Below are positions 14,113-27,700 of a DNA stretch of 64,000 nt, one piece after another. Source of the DNA: Camelus ferus. Lineage: Eukaryota. The stretch lies in contig NC_045697.1 of assembly GCF_009834535.1 (NCBI RefSeq), positions 30,816,001 to 30,880,000 of the forward strand, written 5' to 3'. The notes below the pieces were generated by a model. The model saw nothing but the letters and a program-made list of their open reading frames with translations. It had not been told where the DNA came from and ran no database searches. Every line of letters starts with the position of its first letter. The stretch's first letter is position 1. The translations under genes were made by a program, and so were the position numbers.

Positions 14113-15086
14113 CTATTTGAAGAAAAAAATAAAAATAAAATTCAGTAAGAACTAAAAAGTTTATAATACATTTAAAAACAACAAAGTTCTTAGTGCTTCT
14201 TAAGATACACTTCATTGATTTCACTATCCTGGCAGACTAACACTGGGTAAGGCAATTTGCATGTATCTAATAAGTGGCTAAAAGAGGATGCTAATCAGCT
14301 TCACAGCAAGCAGTTGTGTGTAGGACTAACACCTACAAGGGGAGACTGGTTAACCAAATTCCAGCATATCCATATACTACAATTTCATACAACCATTAAA
14401 ACTGATATTTTAGAAACACAATGAATCTCTTGGAAAAATATCCACACATTACTATATAACAAAGCAGATGCTAAGACAAATGTTCTCTGTGATCCTCTTT
14501 TTATAAACTAAGTCAGTTAACAATGCTTGGGATGAAAAAAAAAGGCTAGAAGGATATACACTCAAATTTTAAGACAGTACTTGCCTCTGGGTGGTGGAAT
14601 AATAAGAGTTTAAATCTTTTTCTTTATGGTTTGTTGTGTTTTCTTATCTTTTTACATAAACATATACCACCTTTTAATAAAATAAAACATGTTTTCTGAT
14701 TACAACTAACCCAAATAGAAAACAAAAAAGGTTTTAAAATGGTAACGCTTATGTCCTAAGGTTCAGAATTGACAATGTTCAGAATTGACAATGTTAAGCT
14801 GATGTTTTAAGAAAAAGGTTCCATCCCCCTTTACCACCCAAAATGAACAGTGCTTGCCACATCGAGTTTACAGAATGTTTAAAATAAGCTGATTGAATGA
14901 AAGGGCTTGACGAGGTAGCGGTATCATGGCAGGCTTTGCGGCAGGAGTTGGAAATGCTCACCCAAACCAGCTTATCTCTCTGTGTTTAGATAAGCTTTGG
15001 AAAATTGATCATGCCCTTGACAAAAATATTTATTAATAACTGAACACATGACCTTGAACTAAGGTTTTACAATGACATGACTTTAC

Positions 15087-15186
15087 CTGCAGCAGTGCAA
15101 TAAAGAGAAAAAATGAATTCGCGGCTCTTCTGAACTGAGAGTAGAGAAATCTCGGAAGGAATGTGATTATGTTGTATTTCGCAGTG
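15087..15186 (-). CDS. ATP8A1: ATP8A1 coding exon 3 (100 nt; [34 protein letters not shown])
   Basis: Acceptor ttttctag|, donor CAG|gtaaag. Contains the TAKY..TFLP..QF.R.AN.FFL P4-ATPase motif and TM1. Confidence 0.97.
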
Positions 15187-16092
15187 CTAGAAAACAAAGT
15201 GAACAGCAGCACACATCATTACTCCACCATGACAAAATTCTGTTATCACCGTATGAAAATTTTGATGATGAAAAATTGCCCTCTGTTTCTAATTGGGAGA
15301 ATATTGCAAATGATCATTTATTTACCTGAATGAAAGGAACTGTCTAAATAGTAAGAGTTTAATTTTCTGCATTATGTCTTTTGTTCTCTTTGGCCAATCA
15401 TCCTGTGTAACATGACTAGCAGTAGCTTGCTTACAAAGAAGAACAACTTCAGTTAATATAGTATATAACGTTAATAGAAAACAATATACTGCAAAAAATA
15501 AATCAGCAATTTGAGCAGGACCAGAAACGTTAGAGCTGGCTTCCCTGGCTAACTGCAGAGGAATGGGGAATTTTCTGGGTTCTGCTTAACTTTTCTTCAT
15601 GGCTCCTCTAGAAACGTGGCGAGGACTCCACACTCAACACACCAGCCACGTCCACAATCAAACCTCCAATCTTCCTCTTGTTAATTAAAGAGAAAGGAGG
15701 TTAAAGGGACACATGCCACACTCCCCAAGCTCAGAAAAGTTACTCCAGAACTTGAAGGTGTAAATATTAATTATAAACGGTCACTTCACAAATCTAGGAA
15801 TTTTATCGCTGGAAAAACACTGGGCTGACACGGGGCACGGGGCTGTTCTCTTGGTTCCAGAGGCCACTTAGTGACTAGTACCTAAACAGCAATATTTTTA
15901 CATTATTGTTGGAATGAAAATATTCACCAGTGAAGTAATTCTCAGAGCCCTCCCTTCCTTGACACCACACTGAATTTTGCAAATATCCAAAGCCAATATT
16001 TAAAGGCTATTTAACAAAAAGGAGTTCTAAGTGAAGAACTGCAAACTTTTTTTAAAAGGTTAAAACTTGTTCATCAAAAACAACAGTTCACA

Positions 16093-16240
16093 GGGGAGGA
16101 GGGTGTAGCTCAGTGCCAGAGGGTGTGCTCATTAGCAAGCGTGAGGTCCTAGGTTCAATCCCCAGTACCTCCATAAAAAAAAAAAAAAAAAAACCAACTA
16201 ATGATACATAAATAAACCTAACCACCACCCCCCTCCAAAA
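16093..16240 (+). mobile_element. tRNA-Ala-derived camelid SINE (Vic-1 type)
   Basis: A box tagctcagtg, B box ggttcaatcc, internal A-run and aaataaacctaa tail. Confidence 0.85.
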
Positions 16241-16566
16241 GTAGTTCATGGTTCTATTAACAGGTTTGAAACAAAGGCACTCACCCATGAACCGCTCTCA
16301 TTATTCAGACACTATACGGGGAAGTGGCAGAGTGTAGCCGCTTATCTTTTTGCTCTTTCCTGCTTCTAGACCCTTACTAACATCTCCTTATTGGCTAGAG
16401 GCAGAGACATAGCTGATTCACACGGCCTCCAGTAAGCTCTTAAATACTAAATTGGTTTAACTGAAAGTTCCTCGCCAGCACTTTCGCCTTGGCGGGCCAG
16501 GGCAGATGCTCTGCCAGAGTTCTGTGGCGAGAGCCGGTCCCCACGGCACTCTCAGGTAGTTCCTAC

Positions 16567-16681
16567 CTGACGTGGTTATTGCAGAATTTTGTCAGCTGGG
16601 GCTGGTTGATGAATATAGTCCTTACTTCCTCCTGGTCAGCCAAGGAAGTCTTCTCTGAAACATCATCGGTCTTCTCATAAC
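16567..16681 (-). CDS. ATP8A1: ATP8A1 coding exon 2 (115 nt; GYEKTDDVSEKTSLADQEEVRTIFINQPQLTKFCNNHV-S)
   Basis: Acceptor ctctttcag|, donor AG|gtagga. Continues in frame from exon 1 (phase 1). Contains the P4-ATPase N-terminal 'RTIFIN..FCNN' motif. Confidence 0.97.
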
Positions 16682-18233
16682 CTGAAAGAGAGAGTCTTCT
16701 TACTTGCTTTCATTTCATCATGCAGACCAAAACCACGTTTCTTAGCTATTCTAGAAACTGAAATCTGTGAAAAGCTAGATGCTTCCCCCTTATTGGTCTT
16801 GTTTCTGTTTAATAAAAGGAAAAATCCCCACATCTAACGGTTCTGCTAAATTTAAACGGCAGCATTTAATAGTCATCTGCAACTAACTCATTTCAAAAGC
16901 AGCAACATCAACTTTTAGTTTGTATTCATCTGGCCCCATAACTGTTCAACTGGTTTTCTTCTATTACATAAGAGTATTTCTAAAAGTAACACAAAAGTTT
17001 AAAATAGTTTACGATCTAGTTTTAGATAAGACTAACAAGACAGAGGTAATTACAATATATTCTGAAATTTTAAGCTTACACATTGAAGGCTTTGCTGTTT
17101 TTTTTTTTTTCCTTTTGGATACAGACAGAAAGAGAAACATTAAGGTTTAAATTAGCAACTACCACAATGATCTAACTATGATCATCTTAACCTTTCTTAG
17201 TAATTAGAATTTATGTTCACAAATGAATTTTAAGTTTCTTAACATCACTTCAAGTCACCTCACAATCACTGAAACAATGCAAATAGATACAATTTCAACT
17301 GGGTCACATCTTGTTGCAATGCTGATAACACTTTTAAAAATACATACAGGTTCTAGGAGAAAAGATACAATTTTAAATGGTTTATTTTACCTTCTAGTGA
17401 GAATCAGACTTGATTAAAGCAACCCCTTGCCCATTTCCCAGAAAGGGTTACCAACAGCATTTTATCTCAAACACTTACTTTTATTCTCCTTTCTGCCAAG
17501 CCAGTGCCAACTCCTAAAAGACCTGCCAACATGGGGTCTCTTCTGGAGTGTTCTCTGGTGCTAAAGTCAGTGCACCTCCTGTATGAGCCTAGAGGCCTCT
17601 ACACCTTCCTGTCCCCAGCAAAACACTTACCAGAAGGCTGTGGCACTGCCTTCTTGAGTCAATCTCCCCCTACCAGAAGGGGAGCTCCACGGGCCAAAGC
17701 TGGTATGTTACCCCTCTTCTAACATCAGTAATAACAAACTGCAGGTTCTCAATAACTGTTTGCCAAATAAAAACCGAAGGGCAAAGGAGTGGGTATGCGG
17801 CCAATTTTTTCAGGGGAGGCAAATGCTTCTCCACCCACTGATAAAGACACTAAGGACAGCCAAGTGCCTGTGGGGCTCTGTCACTCTGGGAAATCAGAAA
17901 ATCACCTTGGCTTTCTACAAAGGTGGGGAACATGAACATAGGGACCAGAGTGGGAGAAAACAGTATAGTGTGTCCGGGACAGGGCAAGTAAGCAATATTC
18001 CTAAAGAACACACAAAAGGCAAGGTGAGGACAGGTGAGATGCAGTGCTGAAAAACCACACAGGCCAGGTTTCAAAGGACTGCTCATGCTTGTGAGGAAGT
18101 CTGAATCGTATCCTCTGGTTGGCCGTGAGCCACTGAGAGCTTTCCAAGCAGAGAGGCACAGAGCAAGAGTCACATTTTATACTCATCATTCTGGAGTCAC
18201 ATGGCTCCAAATTAAGCACTGTCATACTATTTT

Positions 18234-18398
18234 TTAAAAAAGATTTTATTTATTTTTTGTTTGTTTGTTTATTTTGTTTTCAGGCAGAGGTAATTAAGAT
18301 TTATTTACTTATTTATTTTAATGGCAGTGCTGGGATTGAACCCAGGACCTTGTGCATGTTAAGCATGCACTTTTCCACTGAGCTATACCTTCCCTCCT
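18234..18398 (-). mobile_element. tRNA-Ala-derived camelid SINE (Vic-1 type)
   Basis: Reverse-complement A and B boxes, with a 14-bp TSD tgtcatactatttt at 18220-18233 and 18399-18412. Confidence 0.9.
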
Positions 18399-18537
18399 TG
18401 TCATACTATTTTGCAGTTTTAGACACATTAGCAGCTTTGCCCACAGTCTTATGGTAATAATTATTTGTCACTACACTGTGTTTTAGGTACAACACAAGAT
18501 TTCCCCCTAGTATATATAGTCAAAAATTCATATATGA

Positions 18538-19141
18538 TCCAGAGAAAACATTAATTCAAAAAGATACATGCACCCCAATGTTCACAGCAGCACTATTTAC
18601 AATGGCCAAGACATGGAAGCAATCTAAATGTCCATCGACAGATGACGGGGTAAAGAAGCTGTAGTGTGTATACAATAGAATATTACTCAGCCATAAAAAA
18701 GAATGAAATAGTGCCATTTGCAACAACATCGATGGACCTAGAGATGATCATATTAAGTGAATCATGTCAGATAAAGAAAAATATCATATGATATTACTTA
18801 TATTTGGAATCTTAAAAAATAATACAAATGAACTTATTTACAAACCAGAAAGAGACTCATAGACATAGAAAACAAACTTACGGTTACCAAAGGGGAAAGA
18901 GTAGGGGGAAGGGATAAATTAGGAGTTTGGGATTAGCAGATACAAGCTACTATATACAGAATAGATAAACAAGGTCCTATTGTACAGCTCAGGGAACTAT
19001 ATTCAATAGCTTATAGTAACCTATAATGGAAAAGAATCTGAAAAGAGAATATATGTATGTATAACTGAGTCACTTTGCTATAACATGAAACTAACACAAC
19101 ATTGTAAATCAACTATACTTCCATAAAAAAAAATAGTTAAA
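18538..19141 (+). mobile_element. 5'-truncated L1 (ORF2 end plus 3' UTR)
   Basis: 16-bp TSD aaaaattca(t/c)atatga at 18522-18537 and 19142-19157, plus an A-tail. Confidence 0.88.
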
Positions 19142-19162
19142 AAAAATTCACATATGAATTCC

Positions 19163-19528
19163 TATAGAATGAATGCTCATGGCTCCTCCAAAATCCGTAT
19201 GTTGAAATCCTAACCTTCAATATGATGGTATTAGGTGGAGAAGCTTTGGGGAGGTGATTAGGTCCTGGTAGTGGAGCCCTCAGAAGTGGGATTAGTGCCC
19301 CTTTTAAAAGAGGCCCCAGAGGAATTCCTCTTCCCTTCTACCACATGAGGACACTGGGAGAAGACAGCCATCCGTGAACTAGGAAGCTGGCCCTCACCAG
19401 ACAGCAAATCTGCCAGTCCCCTGATCTTGGATTTCCCAGTCTCCAGAACTGTGAGAAGTAAATTTCAGCTATTCACAAGCCAGTCAGCATATGGTATTTT
19501 GTTACAGCAGCCTGAACAGAGGAAGTCA
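19163..19528 (+). mobile_element. MaLR solo LTR (MLT1A-like)
   Basis: gttgaaatcctaacc..atgatggtattaggtgg..gccctcaccagaca..ctccagaactgtgaga..tatggtattttgttacagcagcc. Confidence 0.8.
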
Positions 19529-20069
19529 TGGATTATCAAATAGAGGCATATCAGTATCAAAAAATCTTTAAAATCTTTCATCAGATTTTCCTTAGTGACA
19601 GCACAAAGACTGTAGTGTATTGTTTATTGCACCTCAACTGGGCAAAGAGCCTCAGGGAAACCAGCTCTCTGCTCAGGACTGGTGTCCTCAAGTTGCACTT
19701 ACTTGACATAACTGAACTTTTGAGGGCCTGGCCCTGGGGTGTGCTCAGCTGAGGAATTAGGTGTCACCCCTTATCTGACACTTCCCTCTTGTAGTGGGGT
19801 CTCAAATGCTGCCAGGTGGAGTTGGAAATCACCTCTTCTCCTCACATACTAATTTGCATTCAAGAATTCCTATGGGGAAAGGACCCTCCTAGGACAAATG
19901 GATTGGAATCACTTCTTCCCTTAAATGGGAGTCAGGGTAATTAAAACAAATCCAAGGGACTTGGTAGGACCCTCACCAAGGTCTGATAGTAAGGGACCTC
20001 TAAAGAGAAAACTCACCAAAACGAGGGGAAAAATCTAGACTGCTGACCTGTTCTCAAGAGTAGGGCCAT

Positions 20070-21258
20070 CAACAAGCACATGAGAAGATGCGCAACATTG
20101 CTCATCATCAGGGAAATGCAAATCCAAACCACAGTATCACCTCACACCTGTCAGAATGGCTACCATCAAAAAGAACACAAATAACCAATGTTGGTGAGGA
20201 CGTGGAGAAAAGGGAGCCCCCTACACTGTTGGTGGGAATGTAAACTGGTGCAGCCCCTGTGGAAAACAGCATGGAGGGTTCTCAAAAAACTAAAAATAGA
20301 ACTACCATGTGACCCAGCAATTCCACTCCTGGGTATATATCTGAGAAAAACAAAAATGCTAATTCAAAAAGATATATGCACCCCAGTGCTCACAGCATTA
20401 TTTATAATGGCCAAGATATGGAAGCAACCTAAGTGCCCACTGACAGATGACTGGATAAAGACGATGTGGTAAATATATACAATAGAATCCTACTCAGCCA
20501 TAAAAAAGGAGGAAATTTTGCCACCTGCAACAACATGGATGGACTTGAAGGGTATTATGCTAAGTGAAGAAAGTCAGACAGAAAGACAAATACCATATGA
20601 TATCACTTATGTGTGAAACCTAAAAAAAATACAACAAATTAGTGAAAATAATAAAAAAAGAAACAGACTCAGACACAGAGAACAAATTAATGGTTATCAA
20701 TGGGGAGAGGGAAGGGGGGAGGGTGATTTAGGGGTAGGGGATTAAGAGGTAAAAACCATTAGGTATAAAATAAACCACAAGGACATACTGTACAACACAG
20801 GGAACACAGCCAATATTCTATAATAACTATAAATGGGGCATCATAACCTTTAACAATTGTGAATCACTATATTTACACCTGTAACTTATGTAATATTGTA
20901 TAAGATGGAGCACAAGGGATTTTTAGGGCAATGAAATTATTCTGTATGATACTATAGTGGTGGCTACATGTCATTATGCATTTGTCAAAGCCCATAGAAT
21001 GTAAAACTTTAAGAGTGAACCCTCATGTAAACTATGGACTTTGGTTGATAATAACGTGCCCATGTCGGTTCATCGATTGCACCAAATATGTCACACTGAT
21101 GAGGGATGTTGACGGTAGGGGAGTATGTACGTGTGGGCGGGGAGGGCTATGTGCGAACTCTGTATTTTCTGCTCAGTTCTGCTGTAAACTTGAAACTGCT
21201 CTAAAGAAATAAAGTCTATTAAAAATATTGTATATAAACTATATTTCAATTTTAAAAA
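20070..21258 (+). mobile_element. L1 3' region (ORF2 C-terminal remnant plus 3' UTR) interrupted by a nested L1 3' fragment at 20903-21223
   Basis: ORF 20188-20472 gives [28 protein letters not shown]. The nested piece is bounded by the 11-bp repeat aatattgtata. Confidence 0.85.
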
Positions 21259-21314
21259 GTGACTTTAAAGGATTGAAAAAAAAAGAGAAGGATCATTAAA
21301 AGGTTGGTTCTAGG

Positions 21315-21792
21315 TGTAGAATATTGCTGACTTTGTGGAGCAGGACCTTGGGGCTCTGGTGGCTGGATGCCCTGGGCAGGTATGATACTGAAGCAAGGAG
21401 GGAGGCAATAGGAGCTGGTGGTCACTGCTGCCCTGTCTCCTCAGGGCACCAGTGGGCCCAGCCACACAGGCCCCTTCATCAGCAGGGACTGAGGGACCCC
21501 ACAGGTCCTGAGGCCCACTTCTGGGATGTCTAAATGCCAGAGGCTGCAGGTCCCACCTTGTGTGTGTGCACCCAATTCCCTGTTTACTTCTAGCAGGTGG
21601 CAGCAGGCTGGCAGTGAGCAGGCACAGTGACCCCAGAGATCCTCGGGGATATCTGAGTGAATGCACCAAACCCCAGAGAGACTCAGGGGTGTACCGTGGA
21701 GGCATCTGGGAAAGACCGGCATTCTTACTAGTTTGGAATGTGGGAGTTTGTAACTATGATAATTGGAATCTTCAATGCACTCTTACCTTACA
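21315..21792. mobile_element. Probable old solo LTR (family unassigned)
   Basis: A GC-richer ~480-bp block starting TGTA and ending TACA. No clear TSD. Confidence 0.35.
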
Positions 21793-24700
21793 TTGTAGAA
21801 GCAGGCAGGTTAAGTCTGGACATATGGGTAACATATCAATCCAGACTCCCTCTGTGTAGAAGAGAAACAAGCCCCTTCTGTTGGAATTAGTGGACCAGTG
21901 CTGTGGGGGAGTTGTCAACAATTTCGATCTCATACTACTTCCGGGTTAAAGGTGAAAACACATCCCCTACATTCAACACGACAGCCACTCAGCATGCACC
22001 AGACCACTCTGTTCTTATGCTTCATTTTCTCTTTTAAAAACTTCCTTTACATCTTGCCCCCTTCAACATCGTATGATGACCACAGGAGGAGCTCTGTGTT
22101 CACACCTGGGCGATGCCTTCACTGAGAGACTGATGTGCAATGGTGGCAAAGGTAACTGAAGGGAGAACCCCCCACTCTGCCCCAAAGGAGGCAGAACTTC
22201 GATGGCATACTTGTCACTCCTTCTCATACATGGTCGGCCCTTTGTTTTAAGGAGGGAGGCTATGACCTTTAGGATTTGTTTAGTAATTTAGAAAGCCTGG
22301 TCACATAAGTCATTAAAATTCACTAGTAGCTCTTAATCCACCTGTCTTGACTTCTAAGGACAACTGAGAACCGAGCCAGCTCATGTGTCATCCCCTCATG
22401 GGACACAACAGAGGATGAGGCCACATATCCATTAACAGTTCTCACAGGTCCTCCCCAAAGGTCAGATAAGGCTTCTTTATCCTTAAGTCATATAAAAAGT
22501 GAAGTTTACCAAGAGAAAAAAACATATCTTAATTACACTCGTGACTATCTCTTGCAGCTTTTCCCAGCACAACAGTTGCACAAAGAAGTCATGTGATACA
22601 CATTTAATGGAAATGGACTTCAAGGGGTTTGGGTGACTGCTTCGGGGATCCCTCAGTGACCCACCCTCACTAAGTTAGGACTGAGATGGTCCAGAGTGAA
22701 CTCTGAAGCCATCTTGGAACACATTCAAGCCCCATATTGAGATACTGTCAAACGGACAGTAATCTGGTAAATAGTAAAGCCAAGAATAAAATGTGACTTT
22801 TACTGACTTACTCTCACTTGGCTTCAGTTTCCTAGTCTGTAAAATTTTATAGACACTTTATGCAGAATAGTTGGTATTACATGGAAGAACTTATGCAAAG
22901 TACTTAACAAAATGCCCAATATTTGTTAAGTACACAGTAATGTATTACACTTACCTATTTTACTTATAGAGTTAATAGGAGTAAATAATGATAAATTCAT
23001 ATGTTGAACCTTACAGAAGTGAGAGGCTAGCACACTGCCTCCCACATAATGTCCAGAGTGGTGATTCTGTAATTGTTAATTCATCTACTTCCCCTGTTAC
23101 ACTGAGAGTTATCTGAATAGTCTGCCCCTGGCTCACAGTAAGCAGTCAGTGTATGATGAATTAACAAGTGAGCAAAAACATGTTTAACAATGTGTCAGGA
23201 ACAGATCCTTCTCCTAGAAGTAGACACAGGTCATCCAAGTCTGCAAGATTGATGCAGAAATTCAAAATGACGATGAGTAAGTTTATGACAAGAAATAATT
23301 GCCATGGGAACCAGCATGAATGAAGTCCCCTCATCAGTTGAATTCTCCCCTGCTGGCCAATGCAGAAAGTCAAAGGACCAAGTGATGGTGTCTGGTGAGC
23401 ACTGAAGAAACCCACTGGTAGTGGGCTCTTGTCCTGAGTCTAATGGCATCGGGCCATCACAGCCTGAGCTACCCAATCCCACAACAGGGAACAGGGGTCA
23501 TAGGACCAAAAAATTCAAAGTCTGTTGGAATATGTTGGCAATGGGGCCATGATACTTCAGATCGCTCAGTCAGCACTTCTCTTCCCTCCACAGAGCCAAG
23601 AAGAGTCCTGTCAGTGTTCAACTCTCCAACTCACCCGTTTCTAGACCATCTCCAAATTCAAACTGACATTTAATCTGCCAATGGGATTACCATCCAAACC
23701 TGCAAGCCTAGGAATAAATGTGCCCCTCATGCAGGTGACTCTGCTCCTATCACGTGTTGATCTTACAGAGAAATTAAGAGGGCAAGCTCATTCCCCTCCT
23801 TTTCAAGTTCTTGGGGGCATCTCAATATGGCCCCAAAGTACAGACACACAAATCAATGACCATCATGCCACCAGATACACACCTCTTCACCATGTTCAGA
23901 CTTCTCCAAGAGAATCACTCAGGCCCGATCAGGCATATGACACCCACTAAAGCATCATTACTCTTCTGACACTGAAAGTTCTATAGAGCAGACCTCCGCA
24001 GCTGCCTTTACTCACCCATCACTTTAAGGATCAGAAATGAGCAAGGGCTCAACAGAGGCTTCCAAAACATCTTCGCTGCTTCCAGTGTTGTACCCTCCAA
24101 AGCCCATAACATCTTAGACCAGCCAGCATCAAGCCAGTCTCCCCAGATAAACTACTTGGGGCTGCTTTTTACTGAAATGAGTAAGGAGAAAAAAGGGCCA
24201 AATAGCATAGACAATGTAGCCATTCACAACTCCAGGTATACTGAAAATCCCATATTCTGTGTTTGTAATACCCACTCAACTGTTATTTACCCCAGCAGAA
24301 AAGCAGTTGTTTTCTGAATCATGGTTTACTTCAATTAATGATAAAATTAGTATTTTCTAAGCACACACCAAAACCAGGGACTTTAGCAGACCAAATTCTG
24401 CATTCTTAGTTATAAAATGACCAAATGTGATTTCTAGAGTTCTGAAGGATCAGCGATTCCAGTATGGGGAAATAAAGACACATCACTTCCAACAAGAGAT
24501 TACTTTGAATTACTAAATAAGGAAATAGAAGCAACATCTTCCTGCTGACCATTTCAGCTTCCAACAGTAATTTCCATTATCAAGAAAACATAAGATGCTG
24601 ATGAGACAGCATCTCGGTCGCGGTCCTGAAGTGAACAAGCATCCTTCCTCCCTTAGCAGCGTTTGATCATTAAGCCCACTTAGCAGTCGTGAGGCGAGCA

Positions 24701-27700
24701 CTGAGTCTTCCACTGATTACTCACTTGATCCTGCGCACATAATCCCCGGGGGTGATTCCCTTCCCTGGTACAATGAGGAAGGTAGGCTAATAATCTGAAC
24801 TTCTCGTTTACCTTTAAAATCCGGTGAAATTACTTTCCGCCGGGCATCAGGAAGAAAAAAGTCAATACCTCAATTGTTCAGAACAGGGAAATTTAAAAAA
24901 TTCCCTACTTGAGCCAGATGTTTCAGAGTAACCGCTGCTTTACATAATCGGCATTCAGAACACAGGCACAAAGTCAAAGGGTGCTTTGTGATGACGGCTC
25001 GATCTCCCCATTTGAAAAGATAAGTGGTGACGATCATCTGTTGCCAGCAACCACCTGGCACCCACCCCCGACCAACGTCTGAGTTATACAGTGTGTTGAC
25101 ACGTAGTCGTCCTTTCTTCCTCTGCCCAGATGCACGATCATGGGCTTACGTGCACACAGTACAATGTAGCACAGAAGAAAAATGTTCAACAGTTAAAGTG
25201 AAAGGCTTTGTGCCCTCTTGTACAATTATAGCAGAAATATCATCTCTGAAATTTTTCATTTCTCATTATAAATATCACGACCCAATCAGTAAGATCCATT
25301 GTTTGTTAGTTCATTCACCTGCTCATTCATTCATTCATTCATTCAATGTATCAGATGTGTGTTCAGATTTGGATTATGACACATCTACATAACACTGGGC
25401 AAATCAATTTATGTTCTGACCTCAGCTTCCTCAAGTAAAAACAGGGTTAATATGAGGGTTAAATAATTATGTTAGCAATGTAGCACAATACTAGTCACTT
25501 AGATGGTTCCCGTCACCCTATCCTATCCCCAGAGATTATCAAGCTCATCTCTCCTTCAAAATACCTGAGATGGGAAAAACAAAAGTCTTAAGGACACACT
25601 AAGGTAGGTGCTAACATTTAAAAATGTTCTGGATAATATTAAAGTTGTAACCAGTGGATAAATCTAGACAGTAGAATAATGGGTTTTACCCTACAATTTA
25701 ATAAATTACTATTAAAAAAGTACGTTTTCCCCAAATTGTCATCTGTAGGGTTATGTAACAGAAGCAGGGGTGGTTAGGTAGGAGGGAGAAGAGAACAAGA
25801 TACAAAATCATTCTGTTGCCTGGTAATGTGGTTACAGAACCACTAAGTTTTTGCAGACTCAACTTTATTACAATTATAAGTAAGGCTGTATTTGGAATCA
25901 GAGTATCTACTATGTTATCTCCTAAACATACTTGGGAGAGCCCAACTACATATCCTTCTACTCAGTGGCTTCTAATATTAGACATTAAAAGGACCCTATT
26001 AATTGCTCCCATTTCTTGAGCTAGAATGAAGTCTTAAGACAACAGTCATACATGCAACATACACAGAATCTAATAAAAGAATATTAACTGGAAAACTAGC
26101 CAGAGACTTGAGAGGCACAATGGCAGAACTTAGGTGTAGTTAAAGTTATGTGCTACTTAGTAAGAAATTATGAGCATTATCCAAGTTCCTGTCTAAGGTT
26201 TAATATGCCTTATTTTGTTCATTGGGAAAAATAATAATAAATTAAAAGTCCTTATCTAGTAATTTTTTTTTTCGTTCAAGTGTACAGAGTAAAACAATCT
26301 TTGGCTGAATAAGTTAGATGCTTGTATTTTATTTATATTTAGTGGTTACCATATATATAGGTTGTTTATTTAATTAGAAATACAGAAGCAGTTGCTAGAC
26401 CTACAAAAGAGGTTTGAAATCCCATGTTTTGCATTGTTGGAGCGGAACGGTCATTTCAAACGTTCGATTGTGAGCCTGACGGCAGCTGTTCAGACAGAGA
26501 GGGTACAAAAGGAAGGAACCACCAGCCTGGAAACAATGAACCGCGTGCTTTAAAGGTTAAGACTCACATACTACAGTTCCAAATATGGTACTGAAGGAAT
26601 CAAACACCTTTAAAAGCATGGAAATTAAATCGAAAAGATTCAGCAATGCATCTCAAATTTCTAGACCATGACTGCCATAGCCAGAGGGGAAATGAAATTT
26701 TCTATTGCATCAATACACCTTCCCCAGACTGAATATTGATTCAGGCTCTATGCAGTGAACATCGCTGTTCATTTCAGCGCAGCATGTGCTTCTCTTGAGA
26801 ACAGTCTTTTGATTTCCTTTGGAGAACTCCCCTCCCCCAACTGTAGGCAGTCTTGAGAGACCGGTCCGTCGAGATACCATTCCCCCTTTTGATTTAAAGG
26901 TGGGCACATGGCCCACGCTAAGCTAATCACACTCAATTTGCTATCTGGAGTTATGAAAAGGCTGGGCACAGATAAGACGGATTCTGAGGCATCCAGAAGG
27001 AATTGCCCATTGGTCCCGCTGCCTTGCATGATCCTTGACCTTCCTTAGAGCTTTTCATTTGATTCTGGGAACTAGCCTATCTACTTAAAGAACATGCTCA
27101 GCTCCCACAGTATGGAGTGTACGCAGAGGCCCTTCAGTCCTCTCGGCTGGAAGACAAGTCCTGTCCTAACGCCCATCTAATTAACGTGGGTGGGCTCCGA
27201 CACTGGACCTGAACCTGGCCTTTCCTCTTCGAGGAGCTGAATCCTGCTTTCTATCCCAGTCACTGAGCTGGCTTTTCTGCTCTGCATGGGACGACGACCT
27301 GGAACCACATGCAACTACCCTGCCCCCAAAATCATGAGGCTGCCTGGAACCTTCCCCAACAGGCCCTACTTGCTAGATCGGATCTCCTCTGATGTTCACA
27401 GCTGCCCTATCCACGCCCTGAGCCCAGCATGTTCTGGGACAACCAGGGGTTTCCACCCTAAGGAACCTGCACAACAGCCAAAAGGCTTTCCCCATGTCCG
27501 GCTTCCTCACCCCTGCTCTCATGTTCACGCAGCTGTGACGCTGGCTCACCACCCTCCAGTGCGGTTAAGTCATAACAAAATGTAACAGAGAATGTGTATC
27601 TGCTTCAGAAAAACTGGTTCATCTTATAAAAGAGTTCACTTTTTTTCCCTCAAGAATTCTTCTCAAAATGAAGAAACTTTGCTTCTCAAATGTAGAATTG

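Noticed and set aside
16093..16170. tRNA-Ala gene candidates (also at 18330-18398 and 49294-49367)
   Set aside because: The acceptor stems are disrupted and the copies have SINE-type 5' leaders, tails or TSDs, so they are retroposed copies rather than tRNA genes.
23160..24300. Possible decayed ERV or LINE internal sequence with several short ORFs
   Set aside because: No RT, integrase or other motif could be identified by eye. It needs a Dfam/tBLASTn search, so it was left uncalled.
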